Under the pieces are notes generated by a model. That model saw nothing but the letters and a program-made list of their open reading frames with translations. It was not told the DNA's origin and made no database searches. The position numbers and the translations under genes are program-made. From Candidatus Micrarchaeota archaeon CG10_big_fil_rev_8_21_14_0_10_45_29 (GTDB lineage Archaea > Micrarchaeota > Micrarchaeia > Anstonellales > Anstonellaceae), in assembly GCA_002778455.1 (NCBI GenBank), contig PFCD01000016.1, positions 2,446 through 66,445 on the forward strand: 64,000 nucleotides of DNA. Direction: 5' to 3'. Each line of letters opens with the position of its first letter. Positions within the stretch are counted from its first letter, which is position 1. Shown here piece after piece: positions 52,916 to 62,600 of the stretch.

Positions 52916-55822
52916 ATGCAAAAAGAATTCAAATACTGCCCGTCAGATTTTGCCTCCCTCCCAGCAAAGCCAATTCACATGGATTTGCATTTTGATATCT
53001 ACAATGAATATGCAAATGTCTCTTCCACAATGCACGCAAAAGCTTTGCGCGAGCTAAAAGAGGTTTCCCTTGATGCCCGCGATTTGCAAATCCTCTCAAC
53101 AAAAATCGGCTCAAAAGAATGCAATTTCAAATATGACAAGCAAAACGCAAAACTCACCCTCTTTTTCCCAAAAAAAATTAAAAAAGGGGAAAATTTTACA
53201 ATAAGCTCAAATAGCATATGCCGCCCGACAAAAAACATTTTGGAAGGGCTTTACTATGACCGAACTCCAAATAACGCCCCGCCGACGCAGATAACCCAGT
53301 GCCAGCAATGGGGCTTCCAGCGCCTTGTGCCGTGCTTTGATGACATGTGCGCAAAATGCACATACACAACAAAAATAAGCGCAGACTCGCGCTATACTCA
53401 CATCATTTCAAACGGGGACGTTTCCTCCCAGCGAAAAAACATCGGCAATAAAAGATGCACAATAACATATGAAAACAAAAAAACCCCCATGGCGCCATAC
53501 CTGTTTTTCCTCTGCGCCGGCACCTATGATTCCCACACGCGCGAATTCGAATATCCCGGCGGCTCAAAATTTTCCCTTGAGCTGCTTCTTTTCCCTGGCT
53601 CTGACACAAAGGCAGCTGAGCAATCCCTTGAAATATTGCACAACGCAATCCTCTGGATTCACATTTTTACAGGCAAGCATTGCTATGAAAATATTGAAAA
53701 AAGAAGAAAGCTTTACGAATTATGCCTGCAACGGGAGAAAATAAAAAGCAAAAAAAATAAAATTAAAGAAAACACAAAGCTTGCAAATTTAAGAAAACAA
53801 ATTTCCGCCCTCGCCTCCTCTTTGAAATTGGGCTACAAATACACCGGCACAATATACCGCGAAATAGGGATGCAAAATTCCAACTTCGGGGGGATGGAAA
53901 ACGTGGGCAACACCACAATAACTGCAAACCGCATAATGCCGCACCCAAATATGCCTGACGGCGCTTTTGAATACATGATAGCGGTAAAAGCCCACGAATT
54001 TTACCATAACATAAACGGCTCGGAAGTCACCGGGCGCTCTCCCTTTGAGTTATGGCTAAATGAAGCCGCAACCGTATTTATTGAGGACAAATACATGCAA
54101 TTTTGCGCAGGCGCGCAATACTCGCGCCTCTCTCAGGTAATGCGCATAATTTCCCCGGACGGGGGAACCCTTGACTTTGACACAGGCGCCATCACAATGC
54201 CCATTCTTGCAAAGGGCTTCAATTCCCCCGACGAGCTCATCTCAGATGTTACTTATAGCAAGGGGCCTGAATTTATTCGCATGGTGGAATCAATAGCCGG
54301 AAAAGAAAAGTTTGCAAAGGCGCTTGCATATTACCATAAAAAATATTCGCATTCCAACGCCTCTACAAAAGAATGGGTGGATGCAATAAGCGAATCCACA
54401 AAAATAAATTTCTCTAAAATGGCGGACTCATGGCTTACGCAAACCGGATACCCTACTGTGCATGTGAAAAAACAATTTAATGCAAAGAAAAAATTACTAA
54501 TTCTCTCCCTGCGTCAAACCGGCTTTAAGAAAATGTGCTGGCAATTTCCGTTTTCTGCCTCTTTGTATGATGCAAAAGGAAACAAAATAGCAATTAAGCA
54601 GATATGGGTAAAAGCAAAAACAGCAAAAATTTCATTTCCCTGCAAATTTCCGCCCGCCTTCATCTCATTCTGCCCCTCATTTTTATTTTACGGCAAAATA
54701 AATTATCCTTACGCAGAAAGCGGGCTTTATTCCCAGCTCAAATTTGACGCCGACGCCACAAGCCGCTATATGGCGCTTGAGAAGCTGGCGCAAAAAGAGA
54801 GAATGCAAATATTGCAAAAAAAGAAAAAGCACTTTTCCAAAAAATTTATGCAAGCATATTTTTCCCTCCTTGCAGATGAAAAATTAACCTTCCAGATGGG
54901 CACAGAACACTTGGCAATTTCCTCCTCAGTCGAGCACAAATATCTAAAGCACCGCTACCACGCCTTGCACATCATAAGGGAAAATTTCAGAAATCAAATC
55001 GCAAAAGCAAATAAAGAGAAGCTTTTGCAAATATATTTTTCACACAAGCAAAAAAAATTCCCTTCCCTTCCATTTGTGCAAAAAACCCTTGCGCAAATAA
55101 AGGCGCGCTCTGTGAAAAACGCATCCCTCTCCCTTCTCTCCTCACTGGGGGAGCCAAAAATGCACAAGCTTATCCTCTCCCAATTCAAAGAAGCAAAAAG
55201 CGCAACAGACAAATACGCCGCCCTCTCCCTTATCCTCGACTCCAAACTTCCCTCAAAAATGAAAATAATAAAGCAATACGAAAAAGAATGCGCAAAAGAC
55301 CCTGTGCAATACGAGGTTTTTCTCTCTCTTTTAGGAGGCAATGATTCTCCTGATGCCATAAAATTGATGAAATGGGCTCAAAATTCCCCCAATTTTGATA
55401 TCTCCCAGTCGAATGAGCACCGCATGTTTATGCGCTTTGCGCACAACAAGCGCCTCTCTATGCAAACCTCTGTAGGGCGGGCATTTTTGAAAAAAATAAT
55501 ATTGCGCCTTGCTAATATAAACGAATACTCGTGCGTGCACATTCTCTCCGCCTTCTCAAAAATAAACGACTTTCCGCGTGAATTTCAGCCTCCGCTTGTG
55601 AAAATGCTTTTTGAAATATTGAAAAAGCTTGATTCAAAAAAAGTTCCCTTTGTATATAACACAATAAGGCGCACCCTCAAAGGCGCGCCAAAGGCCGTAA
55701 AAGAGTACGAAAAAAAAGCACGGCAAAATAAAAAAACGCGCATTTTAACCTGCCATGCCAAAAATTTTTCTTTTCAGCCCGCCGGCAAAAAAAGCCCAAG
55801 CAAGCCAAAAAGCGTCCCATAA
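52916..55822 (+). CDS. pepN: M1-family aminopeptidase N (PepN type)
   Basis: GGMEN exopeptidase motif, zincin HEFYHNINGSEVT...WLNEAATVF (HExxH+E), and a large C-terminal helical domain. Confidence 0.88.
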   Translation: MQKEFKYCPSDFASLPAKPIHMDLHFDIYNEYANVSSTMHAKALRELKEVSLDARDLQILSTKIGSKECNFKYDKQNAKLTLFFPKKIKKGENFTISSNSICRPTKNILEGLYYDRTPNNAPPTQITQCQQWGFQRLVPCFDDMCAKCTYTTKISADSRYTHIISNGDVSSQRKNIGNKRCTITYENKKTPMAPYLFFLCAGTYDSHTREFEYPGGSKFSLELLLFPGSDTKAAEQSLEILHNAILWIHIFTGKHCYENIEKRRKLYELCLQREKIKSKKNKIKENTKLANLRKQISALASSLKLGYKYTGTIYREIGMQNSNFGGMENVGNTTITANRIMPHPNMPDGAFEYMIAVKAHEFYHNINGSEVTGRSPFELWLNEAATVFIEDKYMQFCAGAQYSRLSQVMRIISPDGGTLDFDTGAITMPILAKGFNSPDELISDVTYSKGPEFIRMVESIAGKEKFAKALAYYHKKYSHSNASTKEWVDAISESTKINFSKMADSWLTQTGYPTVHVKKQFNAKKKLLILSLRQTGFKKMCWQFPFSASLYDAKGNKIAIKQIWVKAKTAKISFPCKFPPAFISFCPSFLFYGKINYPYAESGLYSQLKFDADATSRYMALEKLAQKERMQILQKKKKHFSKKFMQAYFSLLADEKLTFQMGTEHLAISSSVEHKYLKHRYHALHIIRENFRNQIAKANKEKLLQIYFSHKQKKFPSLPFVQKTLAQIKARSVKNASLSLLSSLGEPKMHKLILSQFKEAKSATDKYAALSLILDSKLPSKMKIIKQYEKECAKDPVQYEVFLSLLGGNDSPDAIKLMKWAQNSPNFDISQSNEHRMFMRFAHNKRLSMQTSVGRAFLKKIILRLANINEYSCVHILSAFSKINDFPREFQPPLVKMLFEILKKLDSKKVPFVYNTIRRTLKGAPKAVKEYEKKARQNKKTRILTCHAKNFSFQPAGKKSPSKPKSVP

Positions 55823-55835
55823 TATTTTCTTTCAA

Positions 55836-55971
55836 ATTTAGCCCCAAGCGGCGCAGCCAGCACAAACGCCACAGCCAGCCTTTAAGGCTGTCGTGTCCCC
55901 AGCCGCTTTCGCGTCTGAGGATGTCGCGGCTCAAAGTGCTAACGCACTTTGACCATTCTAACCGCTGTTTT
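55836..55971 (-). pseudogene. tRNA-Gln-like 3' fragment (variable region, T-arm, 3' acceptor strand) split by a ~103-nt GC-rich structured insertion
   Basis: Read on the minus strand it is AAAACAGCGGTTAGAAT[103 nt]CCGCTTGGGGCTAAAT, against the intact tRNA's AAAACAGCGGTTCGAAT-CCGCTTGGGGCTAAAT. The insertion contains TCAAAGTGC-GTTA-GCACTTTGA, CGC-GAAA-GCG and CAGCC-TTAAA-GGCTG hairpins. Confidence 0.55.
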
Positions 55972-56054
55972 ATGCGGTTGGACAAATAGAAGCAAATCAG
56001 AACGCTTCGAAAACATGTGTTGTGATGCGAAAAATTTCCGAAAGAAATTTTATT

Positions 56055-56126
56055 TAGCCCCAAGCGGATTCGAACCGCTGTTTTCAGCTCCAAAGGCTGA
56101 CGTCCTTGCCGCTAGACCATGGGGCT
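56055..56126 (-). tRNA. tRNA-Gln (UUG)
   Basis: Hand-folded from the reverse complement. Acceptor AGCCCCA/TGGGGCT; D-arm GTCT/GGAC; anticodon arm TCAGC-CTTTGGA-GCTGA; T-arm AGCGG-TTCGAAT-CCGCT. Confidence 0.88.
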
Positions 56127-56327
56127 AAAATTTTTCGGCATATATTTAAGCAAAACAGTATTTAAAAAACAGTCTTGAAAAATACAAAGTCGGCAAAAAG
56201 AAAAAGCTGCGCCCTGTCACTTATTTGAGAAAAATAAAATTAGAAATGGCTCTCTAAAACTGAGCGTTACAGATATAAACATGTTCCAACACTACAATAA
56301 TATCAAACATATATTTGAGGTGCATCT

Positions 56328-56657
56328 ATGGCATGTATAACATATTCCCAAACTGCTTCTAAACCTAGCAAAAAAACCGCAATAAATTCCAAAAACCCGC
56401 TAACAGATAAGCAAACAGCCGAAAATATAAAATTCATGTCCAACTTGGCTCTTGCCTCTCATGCGCGCGAAAAAATAGGCGTACTCGGAAACAAAACATT
56501 CAATGAAATAGAAAGCCGCCTTATGGGCTCTTCAAGGCCGATTTCAAATTTGGCTCTCATGTCAAATACAGAACTCACCTCTCAAGCGCGCGATGAAGGG
56601 CTACATCTAAAAATAGGGGAAACTCTTTTCAATGAAATAGGGCGCCGCCTGTTATAA
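56328..56657 (+). CDS. hypothetical 109-aa protein with two internal repeats
   Basis: SNLALASHAREKIGVLGNKTFNEIESRL and SNLALMSNTELTSQARDEGLHLKIGETLFNEIGRRL are the repeats. It has a strong SD (TTTGAGGTGCAT). Confidence 0.5.
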   Translation: MACITYSQTASKPSKKTAINSKNPLTDKQTAENIKFMSNLALASHAREKIGVLGNKTFNEIESRLMGSSRPISNLALMSNTELTSQARDEGLHLKIGETLFNEIGRRLL

Positions 56658-56658
56658 C

Positions 56659-58110
56659 CTAATACTGCTTTGCAACATATGCCCAGCAAGTTGCCTCTTT
56701 TCCAGAAACTACGCACTTCTCCCCAGAAGGCGCTTTTTCCGCAGGGTATTTTATTCCCCTCACATCCCCTGCAAATTTCTCCTTTATCTCATCAGCATAT
56801 TTTTTTGAATCATTTTCCATAGACACAAAAGGAATTCTCACAATTCCTCCCAATTTTAATTTCTCGCCCAATTCATGCATAGTTTTTGCCTCATGCAACG
56901 AATTTGCAAATTTCTCATCAGCTTGCCTTTTGAGCCGCATGCTCAATTTCTTTCCCTCTTCCATTATATGCCCCACAAGCTCGTCAAAGGCAACCTCTTT
57001 TTTATCTTTTTTCTCCCCGTCTCTCACAAGAATAGTGGCTTTGGCGCCTTCTGCCTCCCGTCCCCCAACCTCAATTCTCACAGGCACGCCCCTCAATTCC
57101 CAATAATTATATTTGAAGCCGGGAGTATTTTCGCTCTCATCAACTTTTGCGCGAATTCCGGCCCCCTGCAAAATATTGCAAATGCTTTGGCAGTATTTTA
57201 TTATGCTTGCCCCGTCTTTGCCTTTTCCTAAAATAGGCACAATAACCGCCTGCAGGGGCGCAAACTCAAAAGGCAATACAAGCCCCCTCTCATCCCCGTG
57301 GATGCAAAAGAGAGCCCCGTAAATTCTTGAAATGCAGGGCCCGTAGCATGTTTGCCACACAAATTCTTTTTCTTCCTTTTCATTTTGAAATGCCACATCA
57401 AATGCTTTTGAGAAATTCTGCCCCAGCAAATGCGTTGATGGCAATTGCAAGGCCTTCCCGTCAGGCATCAGCGTATCTGCCGCAAAAGTATTTACTGCGC
57501 CGGGAAATTTGTCCCATTGCGGCCTTTGGAAAAATACAAACGGAATCCCCAATTTCTCTGTTAGCACCTGCTTGCTCATCTGCATATCCTGCTCCACCTG
57601 CGCCTCTGCCTCCTCTTTTGTTGCAAAAGCATCATGCGCTTCTATCCAGTGAAATTCCCGGCTTCTAAAAAACGGCTTTGTAGCTTTAGTTTCATACCGC
57701 CACACCTGGCATGACTGGTAAATTTTAATCGGCAAATCCACCCTTCCCCTCACCCACAAGGAATACATCTGGTACATCGCGGTCTCGGATGTGGGGCGCA
57801 TTGCAAGCCTTTCCTCAAGCTTGCTATCTCCCGCGCTCTCAACCCAGAAAACTTCCGGGGTAAAGCCCTTCACATGCTCCCCCTCAATATCAAAATTTTT
57901 CTCAGGAATAAGGGAGGGAAAAATAGCCGGCTCATGCCCGTTTTTCTCAAGCACTTTTTCATATTCCTCATACATCAGCTTCATCGTCTTTACAGCCCAC
58001 GGGCGGAAAACAACAAAGCCCTTTACATTATACCTTAAGTCGCAAAGCTGGGCATCAGAAATTATAGTGTTAAACCAATTGGAAAAATCCTTTTCTTTGG
58101 AAATATTCAT
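56659..58110 (-). CDS. proS: proline--tRNA ligase (archaeal/eukaryotic type)
   Basis: Class II core (FFRSREFHWIEAHDAF), an anticodon-binding domain, and a C-terminal extension ending in Tyr (...YVAKQY), characteristic of archaeal-type ProRS. Confidence 0.88.
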   Translation of the reverse strand: MNISKEKDFSNWFNTIISDAQLCDLRYNVKGFVVFRPWAVKTMKLMYEEYEKVLEKNGHEPAIFPSLIPEKNFDIEGEHVKGFTPEVFWVESAGDSKLEERLAMRPTSETAMYQMYSLWVRGRVDLPIKIYQSCQVWRYETKATKPFFRSREFHWIEAHDAFATKEEAEAQVEQDMQMSKQVLTEKLGIPFVFFQRPQWDKFPGAVNTFAADTLMPDGKALQLPSTHLLGQNFSKAFDVAFQNEKEEKEFVWQTCYGPCISRIYGALFCIHGDERGLVLPFEFAPLQAVIVPILGKGKDGASIIKYCQSICNILQGAGIRAKVDESENTPGFKYNYWELRGVPVRIEVGGREAEGAKATILVRDGEKKDKKEVAFDELVGHIMEEGKKLSMRLKRQADEKFANSLHEAKTMHELGEKLKLGGIVRIPFVSMENDSKKYADEIKEKFAGDVRGIKYPAEKAPSGEKCVVSGKEATCWAYVAKQY

Positions 58111-58161
58111 GTTAATGCTTTGGATAAAAAGGCATATAAACCTCGCAACCCTCCCCTCATC

Positions 58162-59412
58162 ATGGCATATGGCGGATACTCTGATTACCTAAAGCTTGGC
58201 TGGCAGCCAAATAAGCAAACTCACTTAATAGCAGAATTTCAAATAATCCCTGCAAAAGGAAAAACCCTTGCGCAAGCCGCCCAAGCCACGGCGGCAGAAT
58301 CATCAATCGGCACATGGACTTCCCTTTCCACAATGCAGGGGAGGGTGCTAAAAAAATTGCAGGCAAAAGCGTTTTTTATAAATAAAAGCGGGAAAGTAAA
58401 AATAGCATACCCGACAGAATTGTTTGAGCCAAACAACATACCCCAAATATTATCCGATATCGCTGGAAACATTTTTGGAATGAAAGAAATAGATGCCCTG
58501 CGCTTTGAGGATTTCTCAATTCCAAATTCTTATGCAAACACATTCCCCGGCCCAAAATACGGCGTAGAGGGAGTAAGAAAAATAGCCGGCACAACCAAAA
58601 CCCGCCGCCCGCATTTGGGCACAATAGTAAAGCCAAAGGTGGGGCTTACTCCAAAAGAGGGGGCAAAAGTAGCATATGATTCCTGGGTAGGCGGGCTTGA
58701 TTTGGTAAAAGATGATGAAAACCTCACCTCCCACCCATTCTCCCGCTTTGAGGAGAGGCTCTCAAAAATGCTCGAAGCAAAAGACAAGGCGCAGGAGGAA
58801 ACCGGCTCGCCCAAAATTTATTGCCCAAATATTACTGCGCCGGCTCACACTATGCTAAAAAGGGCAGAATTAGCCCAAGACATGGGCTCAAACTGCATTA
58901 TGATAGATATTTTAACAGCAGGCTTCTCAGGAGTGCAATTCATCCGCCATCAAAATTTCAAAATGCTAATTCACGCGCACAGGGCAATGCATGCGGCAAT
59001 AACAAGAAATAAGCAACACGGAATTTCCATGCTTGCCCTCTCAAAAATGGCAAGAATGGCAGGATGCGACCAATTGCATATAGGCGCAATATTCGGGAAA
59101 ATGGAAGGGGAAAAGAAAGAAGTATTGCAAATACATGATGCAATAAATAAAAAATGGGCTAACTTAAAACCCGTCTTCTCCGTCGCCTCCGGGGGGCTCT
59201 CGCCATTGCAGGTGCCTGATGTGATGCGCGCCTTTGGCAACGACGTCATTATACAGGCGGGAGGGGGAGTGCATGGGCACCCTCAAGGCACAGTTGCGGG
59301 AGCAAAAGCCATGTGCCAGGCGGCAGAGGCGGCTAAAAAGAAAATTTCATTAAAAGAATATGCAAAAACCCGCCAAGAGCTTTCAGAAGCGATAAAAAAG
59401 TGGGGCAAATAA
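58162..59412 (+). CDS. rbcL: ribulose-1,5-bisphosphate carboxylase large subunit, form III
   Basis: GGLDLVKDDENL (carbamylated-Lys motif), HAHRAMHAA, GGGVHGHP. There is no small-subunit gene. The ATG at 58162 lies about 25 nt after the TATA element CATATAAA; the track TTG at 58120 is unlikely. Confidence 0.9.
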   Translation: MAYGGYSDYLKLGWQPNKQTHLIAEFQIIPAKGKTLAQAAQATAAESSIGTWTSLSTMQGRVLKKLQAKAFFINKSGKVKIAYPTELFEPNNIPQILSDIAGNIFGMKEIDALRFEDFSIPNSYANTFPGPKYGVEGVRKIAGTTKTRRPHLGTIVKPKVGLTPKEGAKVAYDSWVGGLDLVKDDENLTSHPFSRFEERLSKMLEAKDKAQEETGSPKIYCPNITAPAHTMLKRAELAQDMGSNCIMIDILTAGFSGVQFIRHQNFKMLIHAHRAMHAAITRNKQHGISMLALSKMARMAGCDQLHIGAIFGKMEGEKKEVLQIHDAINKKWANLKPVFSVASGGLSPLQVPDVMRAFGNDVIIQAGGGVHGHPQGTVAGAKAMCQAAEAAKKKISLKEYAKTRQELSEAIKKWGK

Positions 59413-59697
59413 GCCAGTATATATTCAGTGAAAACCGCCGGTCTTACCCTTTATAATTGTTTGTATTTGTTTTCTAAAATATATAAATATGTAAAGTTTA
59501 TAAACCTGCACAACCCTATCATAATTATAAATAAAGCGCCCTTTCTGCCATGGTGTGGGAGCCGTTCGCAGAAAAATCGCGCAAAAAGGTTTGGCAATAA
59601 TGCTTTCAGCTGATTTTGGCACATTTTTCCTTCGGGAAAAAATGCATGTCGCATTTTCCTCAGAAGGCAGCCGAATTTTTGAGGGGGTGGATTGCGC

Positions 59698-62600
59698 ATG
59701 AGCACGCCTGCAAGAAAAATAGCCGCCGCCGCATCTATCTCAATAATAACAGCATTGTTTCTTTTTCTCGCCGCCTCAGGGGGACTTCTTTATTTCTCCG
59801 GGCAGCAGGATGATTTTGCCCCTCTCCAAATAAATTTCCAAGAGCAGGGAATTTCCATCCCTCTTGATGCGAATGCGCATGCAGATAAAGGAACTCCTCT
59901 CCCCGCGAAAAAAGAAGTTTCCAACAAGGCACCCACAACCAGCCCTATTTTGCAAGATAGCAGCGCCCCCTCTTCCCAAGAGCCGCAGGATGAAGTTGCA
60001 GAGCCAACTCCTGCCCCAACCCCCGCACCTCCCGTATTTCCCGTCACAAAGCAAACCCCTTCTGCCTCGGGCGGCGGCTCATCATCCACCCTTCCCCCCG
60101 ACGCTGTCCCCCTCTCTGCGCCAACAATAATTGAAACCGAAGGAACCTACTACTTCACAGGAGATATTGAGCACTCGCAGGATTCTTTTGTAGTAAAGGC
60201 AGACAACATAGTGCTAGACGGCGCGGGCTTTGAGTCATATGTGCCAATTCACATGGATTCTGTAACAAATGTAGTAGTGCGCAATATGGTAATTGACCCT
60301 GAATTCGGGATTATCGTAAACAACACCAATGACTCCTACTTTATTAACCTCACATTTCGCAACATCACAAACAAGGGGATTTATGTAACAGGCGGCTCAA
60401 GCAGGAACATTTTCCAAAAAATTTCCATACAAACCCTTGCTTCCGCATCTGCCATATATGTTGAGGGCGGGGAGGCAAACACTTTTGACTGCCAGGGCGG
60501 CTATCTCACAGGCGCAAACTCCTCCCATACCTACGGGCTTTATTCAAGCCGCCCAGGCACCACAATAAAAAATTGCCAAATCCAAAATTTCTCAACAGGC
60601 GTATTTCTCAACAGCCCAATTTCGGGCAACTCCACAATTCTCAATAACACTATTTTCGGAGGCGAATACGGGGTTTTGCTTTATTCAAGCTCTAATAACT
60701 TGCTTGAGGGAAACAATGCACACAACCAAAGCGTGGCAGGATACCATCTCTCAGCCGGCTCCAACAATACTCTCACATCAAACAACGCATATAATTCCGG
60801 AAATTACGGCTTCTGGCTTGCCCCAAGCATCCGCCCCTCTCTCACAAACAACAGTGCCCACACCTCAAAATACAGCGGCTTTTTGATTGACACCTCCACA
60901 AGCGGAACTTTTTCACAAAATAAAAATTACGGGACAACGATGTTCGGATTCTCAATAATGCACGGCTCGCACAACTACTTTAGCAATAATTACATGCACA
61001 CCAATTATTCCCCTCCCGGGTACGGGGCACTCTACATCTCAGGTTCATATGCAAACACTTTCTTGCAAAACACGATAAATTCCTCCTCAACATCCCCAAA
61101 CAGCGCAAAGCCAATTTACCTTAATTCAAATGCGGCAAACAACACCTTCTCAGGCAACATCCTCCTCACCTCATCAAATTCCACTCCTGCAATTTACGCC
61201 TCCCCATTCTCTTCAAACAACCTCTTTTACCTTAACAATATAAGCTCGGCAATATGGATAAACGATTCCGGAAGCACAAACCAATACAACTCCTCAAGCG
61301 CAGGCAACATCTATTATTACCCCAACGGCACAGGGGCCTGGGAATTTTATGAAATAGTTGACTCAAATCCAACCGCATGGGATGGCTGGGCAGACATAGG
61401 AGAGCTTCCCCTAAACCCGGCGGCATTCCCTTCCGCATGGCTTGGAAGCGGCAACGACTACCACCCTTACACAACAAAGTCAGTCCATCTTTATGATTGC
61501 GCAGACATAAAGGCGGGCGGGGCAACCTATTTCCTCGAGCAAAGCATAATCTCAACAAAAACATCTTCGCCGGATTCCTCATGCTTCATAATAAAAGTAG
61601 ACGATATCACTTTGGACTGCCAGGGGCACACAATAACAGGCCCCAACAACGACGAGGCATACGGAGTGTTTTCCCTTTCAAGCGACGGGCCAAGAAACAA
61701 TATAACAGTGAAAAACTGCGTAATGGACGGCTTCCATGTGGGCATCTTCTTTGATACTGATTCTGGCACAACTCCGCAAAACAACAAAGCATTAAACAAC
61801 ACAATCTCAACAGCAGATAATGGCTATGGCATAGGCGCCTACCTCAACGAAAACCTCTTAATTGCAAACAACACCATCACGGCAGGTGAAAATTCAATAG
61901 GAATAATATTTGAAGGCGAAAACGTCTCAATTCTCAACAACACAATTAAGCAATCCGGCTCATCCGCAACAGCAATAGAAACACTTTCCGGCTCAGAAAC
62001 CGGCACAATCTTGCTAAATAACATCTCAACTTCCCTCTGGATAAACAACGAGGCAGGCGCAACAGGGCTTCAATTCAGCGATTCTGAATCCGGAAACATT
62101 TACTATTACCCCAACGGAACCGGCGCGTGGGAGCTTTATGAAATAGTTGACTCAAACTCAGACAAATGGGCAGATGCGGGAGGGGACTTGCCTTTTGCAG
62201 AAGGAGTTCTCACTTCAACCCTCTGGTCCGGGCCAGGAGCCGACTACCGCCCATACACTCCGGTTTCAACAAAACTATTCTCTTGCGCAAACCTCACATA
62301 TAACGGCGCAACCTACACCTTAGAGCAGGATGTTGCGGCAGAATCTGAAATATGCATGCAAATAATGGCAGACGGAATAACACTTGACTGCCAGGGGCAC
62401 AAGATAAGCGACAGCGAAGACCCAAACTCCTACGGAGTGCTTTCCCTCTCAAGCGACGGGCCAAGAAACAATATAACAGTGAAAAACTGCCAAATAGAAG
62501 GATTCCACTTAGGAATATTCTTTGATACCGATTCTGATTCAATCCCCCAAAACAACAAAGCATTAAACAACACTATATTTGTTTCAGGAAGCGATTATGG

